IMG/VR virus record: IMGVR_UViG_3300020049_001894
From: an uncultured virus (IMG/VR IMGVR_UViG_3300020049_001894)
Lineage: Duplodnaviria > Heunggongvirae > Uroviricota > Caudoviricetes
Reading direction: 5' to 3' (one strand)
DNA length: 64,000 nt
Under the pieces are notes generated by a model. That model was not told the origin of the DNA and ran no database searches. It saw only the letters and a program-made list of their open reading frames with translations. A program made the translations under genes and the position numbers. This document shows positions 47,238-56,728 of the stretch, one piece after another; within the stretch, counting starts at the first letter, position 1, and each line of letters starts with the position of its first letter.

Positions 47238-48150
47238 CCCCTATTCTCGCCCTTCCCCATGCCAGATAGCCAGCTGGCCAGGGTACCTGTACTTTGTGGC
47301 GGAGCGTGAGCGTATACGCTTGTTTAAGGACGCTGGGGACGTTGCTCCGTGGACCGACGACCCTATTCTGCAAAAATACAAGTTCACATGCGTGCGGCGC
47401 AAGGATGACCGAATGACAAAGTGGTTCATCAAGAACCTGATTGAGCCATACACCAATAGAACTGACCTCTGGTTCACACTGCTGGTGGCCCGGTTGATCA
47501 ACTGGCCTCCGATGATTCAACGGTTGATTGAACAAGGCGTGTTGCCGTGCTCACCGCATGAATTCGATGCCTCTCGCTTTGTGGCCACCATCGAGAACTA
47601 CAAAGACGGGGGTGGAAAAGTCTTCGGCGACGCTTACATGGTTTACCCAACCATGAAAGACCCAGGAGGAAACAAGTCTGAGAGCCTGGCAAAGTGGATC
47701 ATCGGCGACGTCATCAAGCATCATGATGCAATTAATTTCTCGCTGTGGGATGCCGATATGGGTCAGCCGTCAATAGCCAGATTTGTAACAGAACTCAGCG
47801 AGTGTTTCGGTATAAGTACTTTTATTGCTGGCCAGGTGGCAGCTGATTTGGCGCTGAGCCTGGGACACCTGGGAAACGCAGAGGATCTGTATACTTGGGC
47901 ACCGTTAGGCCCTGGATCGCAAGCCGGATTGAATTATTTGTTTGGTAAACCTGTCAGTGTGAAGTGGGACCAGTCCGACTTTAATTACGCGTTATTGGAT
48001 GCTAAAGAGCGTGTTGAAGAAGAACTTGGTCTGACTGACTTGACGCTACATTGCGTTCAAAATACATTCTGTGAGTACGGAAAGTATGCACGCACCGTGC
48101 TGGCGACCGGCAAACCGAAATCACTTTATAAACCACAGAAAGCATACTGA
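47227..48150 (+). CDS. 5-hmU DNA kinase-like helical protein (aGPT-Pplase1-like)
   Basis: ERERIR..PWTDDPILQKYKF..V.R.DDR, F.AGQVAADL, GPGS..GL, QN..CE..KY. Confidence 0.8.
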   Translation: MLNNPYSRPSPCQIASWPGYLYFVAERERIRLFKDAGDVAPWTDDPILQKYKFTCVRRKDDRMTKWFIKNLIEPYTNRTDLWFTLLVARLINWPPMIQRLIEQGVLPCSPHEFDASRFVATIENYKDGGGKVFGDAYMVYPTMKDPGGNKSESLAKWIIGDVIKHHDAINFSLWDADMGQPSIARFVTELSECFGISTFIAGQVAADLALSLGHLGNAEDLYTWAPLGPGSQAGLNYLFGKPVSVKWDQSDFNYALLDAKERVEEELGLTDLTLHCVQNTFCEYGKYARTVLATGKPKSLYKPQKAY

Positions 48151-48152
48151 TC

Positions 48153-49151
48153 ATGGAAATCGTTACCACAAACGCGAACACACTGTTCAGCGACGGATTT
48201 TGGAAATTGAAAACCAGCGGGGTCAAGTCTGATTCACGCAACGGTCCGGTTATTCGCATTGAGGAGCCTGTAATGATTACAGTGAACAACCCGACAGAAC
48301 GGGTGCTGTTTCATGGAGGCCGGGATGCCCCGCACATATTCCACCTGCTGGAAGCGGTGTGGGTTCTTGCTGGAAGGAATGATGTAGGATTCCTGCAGCA
48401 GTTTAACAGCAAAATAGGCTCGTATTCTGACAATGGTGAAACATTCAATGCCAGCTACGGCTTCAGAATGCGATATCACTTTGGGCAAGATCAACTGGCT
48501 TCAGTTATAGAGATTCTGCACAACGACCCAAACTCCCGTCAAGCTGTAATTCAGCTGTGGGATTCTGATGACCTGACCAAGAAAACCCTTGACAAATGTT
48601 GCAATACGCAGTTGACATTCGCCATAGTGAATGGAAAGATGAACCTAACCGTCAGCTGCCGAAGTAATGATTTTCTCTGGGGTAATTCAGGCGCCAATAT
48701 TGTTCACTTTTCGTTCATGTTGGAATTCGTTTCAGCGGCTGTCAGTGTTCCTGTTGGCAAGATGTACACGCTGATAAACAACTTACATCTTTACACTGAA
48801 CTTTACTCAGCTTCTCAGTACCTGGACAACCCTCCCAACCCGGAGGAGTACGACCTCTACGCCACCGGCCAAGTCACCCCCGAGCCTATAATGCAGGACA
48901 ATCGCTACCTGCAATTCCTGGATGACTGCGAGCGGTTCTGCGACAACCCCTTTGACCCGGATCGGTTGTATCACCACCCGTTCTTCCACAATGTAGCGCA
49001 CCCCATGGCGATGGTGTCTCGCACGCGTAAGCTAGGAATGGGAACCGGGGAGGAATGGGCCGCTAAGGTCACCGCACCCGACTGGCGCCGCGCTGCTCAG
49101 GACTGGATTGCCAGACGTGAGGCCAAAAAGCAATCGGCTTCTAAAGTCTGA
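48153..49151 (+). CDS. Thymidylate synthase family; probable dUMP hydroxymethylase
   Basis: SRNG, SRQAV, CCN (catalytic Cys), RSND, GANIVHFS (Asn, dUMP-type), NLHLY. Confidence 0.85.
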   Translation: MEIVTTNANTLFSDGFWKLKTSGVKSDSRNGPVIRIEEPVMITVNNPTERVLFHGGRDAPHIFHLLEAVWVLAGRNDVGFLQQFNSKIGSYSDNGETFNASYGFRMRYHFGQDQLASVIEILHNDPNSRQAVIQLWDSDDLTKKTLDKCCNTQLTFAIVNGKMNLTVSCRSNDFLWGNSGANIVHFSFMLEFVSAAVSVPVGKMYTLINNLHLYTELYSASQYLDNPPNPEEYDLYATGQVTPEPIMQDNRYLQFLDDCERFCDNPFDPDRLYHHPFFHNVAHPMAMVSRTRKLGMGTGEEWAAKVTAPDWRRAAQDWIARREAKKQSASKV

Positions 49152-49227
49152 TTGGCAAATACAATCGACAGCCTGCTTTTTGTGGGCTAAAATTCAAAGC
49201 ATAACTAGATAACTATTGAGATTATTC

Positions 49228-49716
49228 ATGAAAAAGCCTCTACTATTCTCCCAGGCCGGTTCCGAGGTCGTACGGTATCACACCCTAACCACTCTGGTCA
49301 GGGAAACCGTCGGTCACCACTCCCACATGGTGGCGATGATCTGCTACATATTGCATCCGCAGTGTTCTCGTGACCTACTGCTGGCAGCGCTTACGCATGA
49401 TCTCGCCGAGCAAGCCACGGGAGACATTCCGTCGACCGCTAAGCGCCTGTACGGTGTTGATGACCAGGTGTCCTCTCTTGAAGACTCCGTAATGCGGGCC
49501 GCTGGGCTGGAGTTTCCACACCTAACGGACTACGAGAAGCGTATTCTCAAGCTAGCCGACGTTGCGCAGGGCGCGTTGTACTGCGTGCGTGAAATGCAGC
49601 TGGGTAACCGCATGATGCGCAAAGTGTTTGACCGCTACATGTCCTACGCTGCGGACATGGGCCTGATTGGTGTTGAAGAAGAACTGTTTGAAATCATCCG
49701 AGGAGAATCACTGTGA
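49228..49716 (+). CDS. HD-domain (YfbR-like) nucleotide phosphohydrolase
   Basis: RYH, ETVGHHS, HDLAE..TGDIP, KLAD. Confidence 0.85.
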   Translation: MKKPLLFSQAGSEVVRYHTLTTLVRETVGHHSHMVAMICYILHPQCSRDLLLAALTHDLAEQATGDIPSTAKRLYGVDDQVSSLEDSVMRAAGLEFPHLTDYEKRILKLADVAQGALYCVREMQLGNRMMRKVFDRYMSYAADMGLIGVEEELFEIIRGESL

Positions 49717-50129
49717 GCGAAGCAAATAATATTCAGGTGGGTGGGTCTCACTACAAGACTGAGGGTATGCAGCACTGGGATATTGTAGACGAGTTTGAAG
49801 TCTGCTACCTGGCGGGCAATGCCACCAAGTACCTCACCCGGTTCCGCCGCAAAAACGGTGTTCAAGACCTGCAAAAAGCTCAGCACTATATTGAGAAAAT
49901 GATTGAGGCTCGAGGTAAGTATGCTAGGCGCGCTGAGGGTGACGTACCATTGCCAGTGCTTGACACGTTCTTTGCTGACAACGGTATTACCGGTCCCGAG
50001 CGCGAGCCTATCCGCTTGGTGTTCAACTGGCTCACTCCACACGACCTACGCAGCGCCTCAGTTTGGGTCAAGGCTCTGATTGATGAGTTCGAGGCCGGGC
50101 CGACCTCCGCGTACGTCAAGCAAGACTGA
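49713..50129 (+). CDS. DUF3310-like protein
   Basis: QVGGSHY, GNATKY..R..KNG.QDL.KA.HY. Confidence 0.8.
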   Translation: MSEANNIQVGGSHYKTEGMQHWDIVDEFEVCYLAGNATKYLTRFRRKNGVQDLQKAQHYIEKMIEARGKYARRAEGDVPLPVLDTFFADNGITGPEREPIRLVFNWLTPHDLRSASVWVKALIDEFEAGPTSAYVKQD

Positions 50130-50130
50130 A

Positions 50131-51966
50131 ATGGGTACTTTTGTGTTCGATAGCGAGGTTTTGCCAAACTATACCCTGTTCGCGTTTAAGAACGTGGATA
50201 CGGGTGAGTACTGGCGGGTACGGCGTCACGAGGACCGCGCGCCGGAGCGCCTAATGGCCTTCCTGCATCAGCCTGATTCCACGTTTGTCGGGTTCAACAA
50301 TAAGAGCTTCGACGATGTCATCGCGTCTGCGTTCTGCGTCGGACGCACTGAACAAGAAATCAAACGTATCGCCACTGACATTATTGAAAATAGGCTGCAG
50401 CCCTGGGCCGCGCGGCGCAAGTACTCCCTGCCGGACATTGGTTTCGATTCAATCGACTTGATAGAGGTGGCCCCCTCGTTCGTGGGTTTGAAAGCCTATG
50501 GCGCTCGCATGCATATGCCGCTGTTGCAGGACATGCCTATAGCACACGACGAGGACATAACGCCTGAGCAGCGTCCAATTGTAGACTCATACTGCGACAA
50601 CGACTTGGACACCACTGAAGAGCTGCTCAAACGGCTAGACGCTCAGCTGCTGCTCAGGGTGCAGATGTCTCGTCAGTATGGTGTAGACATGCGCAGCAAG
50701 TCGGACTCCCAGATGGCTGAGCAGGCGTACATCAAGACCCTGAAGCTAGAGCGCCGGGAAAACAAGATCCCCGTAGCTATCACCTACACCCCGCCCGCGT
50801 TCTTGGTGTTCAAAGACCCCGCGTTACAGGCCCTGCTGGAGCGCACCTCAGCGCACGTGTTTGAGATGAATAAGAGCACGGGGCACGTTATTCTGCCGGG
50901 GTTCCTGGGCGAGGAAGTCATCAAGTTCGGCTCAGGCTCTTACCAGCTGGGTGTGGGCGGTATACACAGCACCCACGACAAGTCGGTTTGTCATGTAGCC
51001 GGTGACGGTGCGCTGTTTGACATTGACGTCACCTCGTATTACCCGTCCATCATCTTGAATTGCGGGCTGGTGCCCGAGGGGTTGGGGCAACCGTTCCTGG
51101 ATGAGTATCGTCGCATCTATAACACTCGGGTTGCCGCTAAGCGTGCAGGTGACAAGGTCACTATGGACACACTACGGATTGCCCTGAATGGCACCTTTGG
51201 CAAGCTCGCAAGCCGCTGGTCAGTGCTCTACGCGCCGGACTTGATGCTGGCAGTGACACTGACCGGGCAGTTCACGCTGCTCATGCTGATTGAGAAGCTG
51301 GAGGAAGTCGAGGCTGCTATCCTGTCAGCTAACACCGACGGTATCGCCATCGGCTGCTCTCGGGAGGTGTTCCCTCTAGTTGAAAAAACAGTTGCTGACT
51401 TCACGCAGTTGTCAGGCTACAACTTCGAGTACACGCACTACCGCGCGCTGGCGATGAAGGACGTAAATTCATATTTCGCCGTCAAAGCGGATCGTTCGCT
51501 CAAAGTCAAGGGTATCTATGCCCCGTTGAGCCTGTCGAAAAACGTCTCTGCGCAGGTTTGTTCTGACGCTGTAGGCCAGTGGCTAGCTAATGGTGTTTCG
51601 TTCCGCGAAACCATTCAAAACGCTCCCTTTACGGCGTTCTTGAGCGCTCGCAACGTCACTGGCGGTGGAGAACAGTCCGGCCAGTACTTGGGCAAGGTGG
51701 TTCGGTGGTATCAGACTACTGACACAACCCTTGAGCCGTTGAAGTACGTCAAGAACGGAAACAAGGTGCCTAAGACCGATGGCGCGCGGGCATGCATGGA
51801 CATTTCGGGTATAGTTGGACACCCGGAGGACTTGCACTACGGGTGGTACTACCGTGAAGCGATCAAGATCGCTGTGGCGGTGGGTGCTTCTAACTATCTA
51901 ATTGAAGAACAACGCCAGCTCGTGGCCCCCACACCTAAGAAAGCTAAAAATGGAAAACGGAAATAG
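50131..51966 (+). CDS. DNA polymerase, B-family-like with N-terminal 3'-5' exonuclease
   Basis: FDSE, GFNNKSFD, YCDND (exonuclease); DVTSYYPSII, RIALNGTFGK, NTDG (polymerase). Confidence 0.88.
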   Translation: MGTFVFDSEVLPNYTLFAFKNVDTGEYWRVRRHEDRAPERLMAFLHQPDSTFVGFNNKSFDDVIASAFCVGRTEQEIKRIATDIIENRLQPWAARRKYSLPDIGFDSIDLIEVAPSFVGLKAYGARMHMPLLQDMPIAHDEDITPEQRPIVDSYCDNDLDTTEELLKRLDAQLLLRVQMSRQYGVDMRSKSDSQMAEQAYIKTLKLERRENKIPVAITYTPPAFLVFKDPALQALLERTSAHVFEMNKSTGHVILPGFLGEEVIKFGSGSYQLGVGGIHSTHDKSVCHVAGDGALFDIDVTSYYPSIILNCGLVPEGLGQPFLDEYRRIYNTRVAAKRAGDKVTMDTLRIALNGTFGKLASRWSVLYAPDLMLAVTLTGQFTLLMLIEKLEEVEAAILSANTDGIAIGCSREVFPLVEKTVADFTQLSGYNFEYTHYRALAMKDVNSYFAVKADRSLKVKGIYAPLSLSKNVSAQVCSDAVGQWLANGVSFRETIQNAPFTAFLSARNVTGGGEQSGQYLGKVVRWYQTTDTTLEPLKYVKNGNKVPKTDGARACMDISGIVGHPEDLHYGWYYREAIKIAVAVGASNYLIEEQRQLVAPTPKKAKNGKRK

Positions 51967-52294
51967 CCGAACGGTATTTGTCGTTTGCGTGGACAATGCA
52001 AAGGATGTGTCGGACGCGAAGCGCTTCGGCAAGCTGCGCGGAATCTTCTCAAACATGCGCAAACCGTATAACACCATGGGCATGATTAGACATGCCCGTT
52101 CGATTTTGAAAGATTGGCATCAGGGTGACTATCTACTGTTCATGGGGGACCCAGTTCTCTGCGCAGTGGCTATGATCGTTGTAGCCGAGTACGATGACGT
52201 TGTCAACGTATTGCAGTGGGATCGCTTGGGTTACCACTACGTGCCAGAAAGCTGGAACTTCGACGCGATAAATTCGACTCATGGTGAGTCATAA
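51950..52294 (+). CDS. Hypothetical replication-module protein
   Basis: AKRFG, DYLLFMGDP, LQWD. Confidence 0.7.
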   Translation: MENGNSRTVFVVCVDNAKDVSDAKRFGKLRGIFSNMRKPYNTMGMIRHARSILKDWHQGDYLLFMGDPVLCAVAMIVVAEYDDVVNVLQWDRLGYHYVPESWNFDAINSTHGES

Positions 52295-52316
52295 CTTGAA
52301 AACTGGAGAACTTTAA

Positions 52317-53087
52317 ATGGCAAAAGCTGAACAGAAACCTGCGGCCCCCGAGTGGCAAGCCGCGCTGCGTGTGGGCAAACAAAAAGTGCCCCCGCGCATT
52401 TGCATCTACGGGGGCCACGGCATCGGCAAGAGCACTATCGCGAGCCAGTTCCCTCGGCCAATCTTCATCAGCACTGAAGAGGGTATTGACCAGTTGGACG
52501 TAACCAGTTTCCCCAAGGCTCAGACCATCGGGGATGTGGTCGCATCTATCAAGACGCTTCTGAAAGAAGACCATGAATTTAAGACTGTGGTCGTTGACAG
52601 CGTGGACTGGCTGGTTGAGCCGCTCATCGTGGACAGTGTCAACTCGCAGTATGACGAGAAAGCCCAGGCGTACGGCAAGGGCTCAATGTACATTGCAGAA
52701 GAGTTTCGTGAGATCCTGCAAGGGTTGGACGCGCTGCGGTTGAAGAAAGGTATGAACGTAGTGCTCATTGCTCACGCTGCCGTGGTCAAATATCTTGATC
52801 CTCGCACAGACGAGTACGACAAATTTCAACCTAAGCTGCCAAAGGCGTGCAACGCGCTATTGCAAGAATGGGTTGACATCATGGCGTTCGCTGCTTTCAA
52901 AATCATCATCAAAAAGAGCGATGCAAAGGGTTTTGACGCGGCACGCACACGCGGGGTGACTACCGGGGACCGACTGTTACACCTGGTTGAAAACCCAGCG
53001 TATGTCGCTAAGAACCGCTACAACTGCCCAGATGAAATCGAAATGACAATTGAAAACTTGTCGAAACTGCTCCCCCTCGCTAACTAA
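52317..53087 (+). CDS. AAA ATPase, Sak4-like single-strand annealing protein
   Basis: YGGHGIGKST, VVDSVDWL, YGKG, IAH, AKNRY. Confidence 0.8.
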   Translation: MAKAEQKPAAPEWQAALRVGKQKVPPRICIYGGHGIGKSTIASQFPRPIFISTEEGIDQLDVTSFPKAQTIGDVVASIKTLLKEDHEFKTVVVDSVDWLVEPLIVDSVNSQYDEKAQAYGKGSMYIAEEFREILQGLDALRLKKGMNVVLIAHAAVVKYLDPRTDEYDKFQPKLPKACNALLQEWVDIMAFAAFKIIIKKSDAKGFDAARTRGVTTGDRLLHLVENPAYVAKNRYNCPDEIEMTIENLSKLLPLAN

Positions 53088-53107
53088 ACTGTAAAGGAAA
53101 ACACACC

Positions 53108-53593
53108 ATGGCTAAATTTAATTTTGATGTTTCTGAAGTCGACGTCAACGCAACGGTCTCCCGTGACCCTGTCCCCGCTGGGGACTACGTACTCAAGTGC
53201 CTGGAGGCTGAGGAAAAGCAGACCCGGTCCGGCGGCACTATGATCAAAGCGAAGTTCGAGGTGGTCGGTGGCGACTACGACGGCAAGTGGATCTGGGAGA
53301 ACTACAACATCGTCAACGCGAGTGAGAAAGCCCAGAACATCGGGCGTCAGCAGTTGGTCTCATGGGCTACCGCGTGCGGCAAGCCGGACGCTGATGACAC
53401 TGACAAACTGATTGACCGTAAGTTCACTGCTACGGTGGGCATTGAGATGGGAACTGGCGGGTACTCAGACAGCAACAAGATCAAGTCCTACCTGATGCCG
53501 GAAGCGGCTGAAAAGCCTGCCAAGGCTCCGGCTAAGGCGGCTGCGCGAGCGGCTAAGCCCGCTGCTGGTAAGACAGCAAACCCATGGGACTAG
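53108..53593 (+). CDS. DUF669-like ssDNA-binding protein
   Basis: PVPAGDY, N.IK.Y, Ala/Pro/Lys tail ending PWD. Confidence 0.75.
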   Translation: MAKFNFDVSEVDVNATVSRDPVPAGDYVLKCLEAEEKQTRSGGTMIKAKFEVVGGDYDGKWIWENYNIVNASEKAQNIGRQQLVSWATACGKPDADDTDKLIDRKFTATVGIEMGTGGYSDSNKIKSYLMPEAAEKPAKAPAKAAARAAKPAAGKTANPWD

Positions 53594-53602
53594 TATGGTT
53601 AT

Positions 53603-53624
53603 AGGGGCTTAGGCCCCTTTTCTT
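53603..53624 (+). terminator. Rho-independent terminator
   Basis: AGGGGC-TTAG-GCCCCT-TTTCTT. Confidence 0.75.
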
Positions 53625-53647
53625 AACAACTCAATAAAGGAATAACT

Positions 53648-54493
53648 ATGGCTCTGATACCCCCCTCAAACACGCAGGAAATCATCAACCGGATTTACGC
53701 TGCAATCCACAAAGAAAAACAGGACAAAGAACTATACCTGGGTCGCCTGGGCTCATCCAGCATCGGCAACGAGTGCCCCCGGGCCACCTGGCTGAGCTGG
53801 CGCGCATTTGCCAAGTCTGAGTTCGAAGGCCGTATGCTGCGCCTGTTTGAGACCGGCCACCTGCAGGAAGCTCGCATCGTGGTTGACTTGAAGCGCGCGG
53901 GGTTCACGGTGTTTGAAGTTGACGCTGAAGGTAACCAGTTCCAGTACATTGACGAAACTGGCCACTTCACCACCAAGCTTGACGGTGTCATCAAAGGCGT
54001 GCCCGGGTCGTCTGATAAGCCGCACATTCTTGAGATCAAAACCCACAACAAGAACAGTTTTGCTGGGGTGGTGAAGCATGGGGTGCAGAAGTCCAAGCCG
54101 ATCCACTACGCTCAAGTGCAGTCTAGTATGAGCCTGAGCGGTATAGACCGCACCCTGTACGTGGCGCTCTGCAAGGACGACGAGCAGTTCTACGTAGAGC
54201 GTATCAAGGAAGACAAGACTGAGCAGAAGCTCATCGGTCGGCGCATTGTCAGCCTGGTAAATGCAACCATCCGCCCGGCTCGCATCAATGAAGACATTGA
54301 GTCTTTTGCGTGCAAGTTCTGCGACATGAAAGAAGTGTGTTTTGACAAAGTGGCCCCGCTGCGCAACTGCCGCACATGCCGCAACTGTTTTGCCGCCGAA
54401 GCAGGCTCATGGGAGTGCCGCCTAGGAGCTCCGCGTATCATTGACAAAGACATGCAGCGCTCTGGCTGCGGAGAGTACGAGGTTATATGCTAA
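53648..54493 (+). CDS. PD-(D/E)XK (Cas4-like) exonuclease
   Basis: SIGNEC.R, G...E, LDG, EIKT, YAQVQ, CKFC...C. Confidence 0.85.
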   Translation: MALIPPSNTQEIINRIYAAIHKEKQDKELYLGRLGSSSIGNECPRATWLSWRAFAKSEFEGRMLRLFETGHLQEARIVVDLKRAGFTVFEVDAEGNQFQYIDETGHFTTKLDGVIKGVPGSSDKPHILEIKTHNKNSFAGVVKHGVQKSKPIHYAQVQSSMSLSGIDRTLYVALCKDDEQFYVERIKEDKTEQKLIGRRIVSLVNATIRPARINEDIESFACKFCDMKEVCFDKVAPLRNCRTCRNCFAAEAGSWECRLGAPRIIDKDMQRSGCGEYEVIC

Positions 54494-54966
54494 TCGTCGC
54501 GATTGACCCTGGCCTTTCCGGCGCCATAGGGTTCCTCCGAAATGGCGTTTACGTAGCCGTAGAGGACATGCCGACCGTTGTCAAGGGGGTTGGCTCAGTC
54601 AAGCGCGAAGTCTCCCCTGCGGGGTTAAAACAGCTCATCCGTAAGCACCTAGTTGAAGGTGAGGAGGTTGTGGCAGTGTTGGAAAAGATAGGCCCTATGC
54701 CTGCCCAGGGCGTGTCATCAGTATTTAGTCTAGGAGACAGCTTCGGTTGCGCCAGGTCCATCCTGGTTAGCTTTGATTTTGAGCTACATCAAGTCACGCC
54801 GCAAGTATGGAAAAAGAGCTATAATCTAAGCTCGGACAAGGAGCAAGCGAGAGCCTTAGCTTCTCGTTTATTTCCAACTGCGCCTTTATACCTTAAAAAG
54901 CATGACGGTAGGGCAGAGGCGATTCTTATAGCTAAGTATCTGTATGAGTCAAAGTTCAAACGATAG
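54487..54966 (+). CDS. RuvC-like Holliday junction resolvase
   Basis: IDPGLSGA, LE, PQVWKK, DGRAEA. Confidence 0.85.
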   Translation: MLIVAIDPGLSGAIGFLRNGVYVAVEDMPTVVKGVGSVKREVSPAGLKQLIRKHLVEGEEVVAVLEKIGPMPAQGVSSVFSLGDSFGCARSILVSFDFELHQVTPQVWKKSYNLSSDKEQARALASRLFPTAPLYLKKHDGRAEAILIAKYLYESKFKR

Positions 54967-55687
54967 AATATATTATGTATATTCACATTCAAGAAATGAC
55001 ACGGGCGTGGTCTTTTATTATGGAAAAGGTAAAGGTGGCCGAGCTTATTACAAATATAGGAATAAATGGCACGACCACATAGTTAGCAAGGTTGGAATGA
55101 CTGTGACTATTTTATGCTCTGGGCTAACTGACGATGAAGCTAAGAAAGAAGAGATAAGATTGATACGTGAAGCCGCTAATTTAGGGTTTCCGCTAACTAA
55201 CCAAACCCCAGGGGGAGATGGTGTTGGAGGAGAAGCATCCCACCGAGGCGGGAGTAAGGCATTTGCTTTGAAACTAGGTATTCATGCCCCTGGCGTAGCT
55301 GCTAAAGGTGGAAGAGCGGGTGCCAAGACAATGATGGAGGCTAAGACTGGGTTGTTTGGTAGAAGTCCAGATGAGAGATCCAGAGACAGTAAAATTGCAG
55401 GACAGGTGGCGCATAATCGAAAGCTGGGTATATTTGCATATTCAGATGAAGAATTCAAAGAAGTGAGGTCACTGGGTGGTAAAAAAGCATCACGGATGCA
55501 GAAAGAAACTAAAACAGGAATATTTGGTCTTTCTAATGAAGAACTTTCTAAGAATGCGGTTAAAGCTGGTAAAGTTACCGGCTCTCAGCGTTGGAAATGT
55601 TTAGTATGCGGAATGACAACAACTCCTGGCAATTTAGGCAGGCACCAGAAAGACAGGGTGCACTCAGGTAAAGAGCGAATAGCGTGA
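54944..55687 (+). CDS. GIY-YIG-like homing endonuclease with internal repeats and C2H2-like finger
   Basis: YYVYSH..FYYGKG..RA, LTNQTPGGDG; K(L/T)G(I/L)(F/H) repeats; CLVCG..GRHQK..H; AT-rich. Confidence 0.75.
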   Translation: MSQSSNDRIYYVYSHSRNDTGVVFYYGKGKGGRAYYKYRNKWHDHIVSKVGMTVTILCSGLTDDEAKKEEIRLIREAANLGFPLTNQTPGGDGVGGEASHRGGSKAFALKLGIHAPGVAAKGGRAGAKTMMEAKTGLFGRSPDERSRDSKIAGQVAHNRKLGIFAYSDEEFKEVRSLGGKKASRMQKETKTGIFGLSNEELSKNAVKAGKVTGSQRWKCLVCGMTTTPGNLGRHQKDRVHSGKERIA

Positions 55688-55796
55688 TTGGCAAAAGCAA
55701 TCGATAACGCACTACCAGTTTGAAAATACAAACTGCTTGCCCGTTCTTTGCACTATACTTCAAAGTATAACTTAATAACTCTGAAAGGAAAATTGT

Positions 55797-55910
55797 ATGA
55801 CACCGCTAGAAAGACTTCACCGTGACCTCGGGGCACCTCGCTGGTTTTGGCCCGTGGTGCTAGTCGCGCTATTGCTAATTTTTGTCTTCGCGGGAGGGCT
55901 CATAGAATGA
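55797..55910 (+). CDS. 37-aa membrane peptide
   Basis: Own translation: MTPLERLHRDLGAPRWFWPVVLVALLLIFVFAGGLIE; AAAGGA RBS. Confidence 0.6.
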   Translation: MTPLERLHRDLGAPRWFWPVVLVALLLIFVFAGGLIE

Positions 55911-56020
55911 CTGATTGGTTTGACGAAATGGTCGGCACTTTGCGGGACTTTTTCACGGTCGTAGGCGTCGTATCAACGCTCGCATTTGTCCTTGGCTATT
56001 TTTGGGCGTTGCCGCTGTGA
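55907..56020 (+). CDS. 37-aa membrane peptide
   Basis: Own translation: MTDWFDEMVGTLRDFFTVVGVVSTLAFVLGYFWALPL; ATGA overlap. Confidence 0.55.
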   Translation: MTDWFDEMVGTLRDFFTVVGVVSTLAFVLGYFWALPL

Positions 56021-56214
56021 TGAACAAAATCTACCCATCCCGACTAACCACGGGCGAAGAGTACACCGGCAACCAGGCGTTCAAGGGTGCAGGCATCCAA
56101 CGCTGGTGCGCGAAGTGCGAAAGCCACCGGGCCACCGGCAACGGCTCGCATCAGCGCGTGCAGGGGGTTATGCAGTGGGTCTGCAAACAGCATCCGAAAG
56201 TGACCACAAAATGA
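56020..56214 (+). CDS. Small zinc-ribbon-like protein
   Basis: CAKC...CKQH. Confidence 0.55.
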   Translation: MNKIYPSRLTTGEEYTGNQAFKGAGIQRWCAKCESHRATGNGSHQRVQGVMQWVCKQHPKVTTK

Positions 56215-56281
56215 TCACTCTACGCTGCGGCAAATGTGGCCGCACATACCAAGGCTGGGGTCCATGCCCGTGGGGGTGCGT

Positions 56282-56728
56282 ATGACCCGCAAACGCAGCA
56301 ACTACCGCCCCCGTGCCGTCATCAAAGACGTCATGAGCTGGATCAAGCAGGGCCACGAACCCTTGACTGCGGACACAGACACCCACATGCGGATCGTTAC
56401 CCGCATACACGGCTCGGTGGTGGCCTTGCAAGGGGGCACTGCTGATGTCCACGACCTCAACGCACTTATCAGCGCGAGCAATATGGCGACGGGCTACAAG
56501 AACATCGACCTTGGACGCGACTATGAGCAAGAGATACGCGCAGGTGCACATGCCGTGGCTGCTGTGCGCGAGAGGTTGGTCAAGTGGCGCAAGGTGCAGG
56601 CCACTTCTACTGAGGTCGAAGCCGTCTCGCTCTTGGTGCAGATATGTCAAGCCCAGCTTGAGGCCAGCACGCGGGCTGATTTTGAGAAAGCAAGCGCCAT
56701 TGTGGCTCGGAACGGATGTGATGTATGA
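56282..56728 (+). CDS. Hypothetical phage protein
   Basis: MTRKRSNYRPR start; helical. Confidence 0.7.
   Translation: MTRKRSNYRPRAVIKDVMSWIKQGHEPLTADTDTHMRIVTRIHGSVVALQGGTADVHDLNALISASNMATGYKNIDLGRDYEQEIRAGAHAVAAVRERLVKWRKVQATSTEVEAVSLLVQICQAQLEASTRADFEKASAIVARNGCDV

Noticed and set aside
53648..54493. Cas4-like gene as part of a CRISPR-Cas system
   Set aside because: No other cas genes or array; it sits in a standard phage recombination module with the ATPase, SSB and resolvase.
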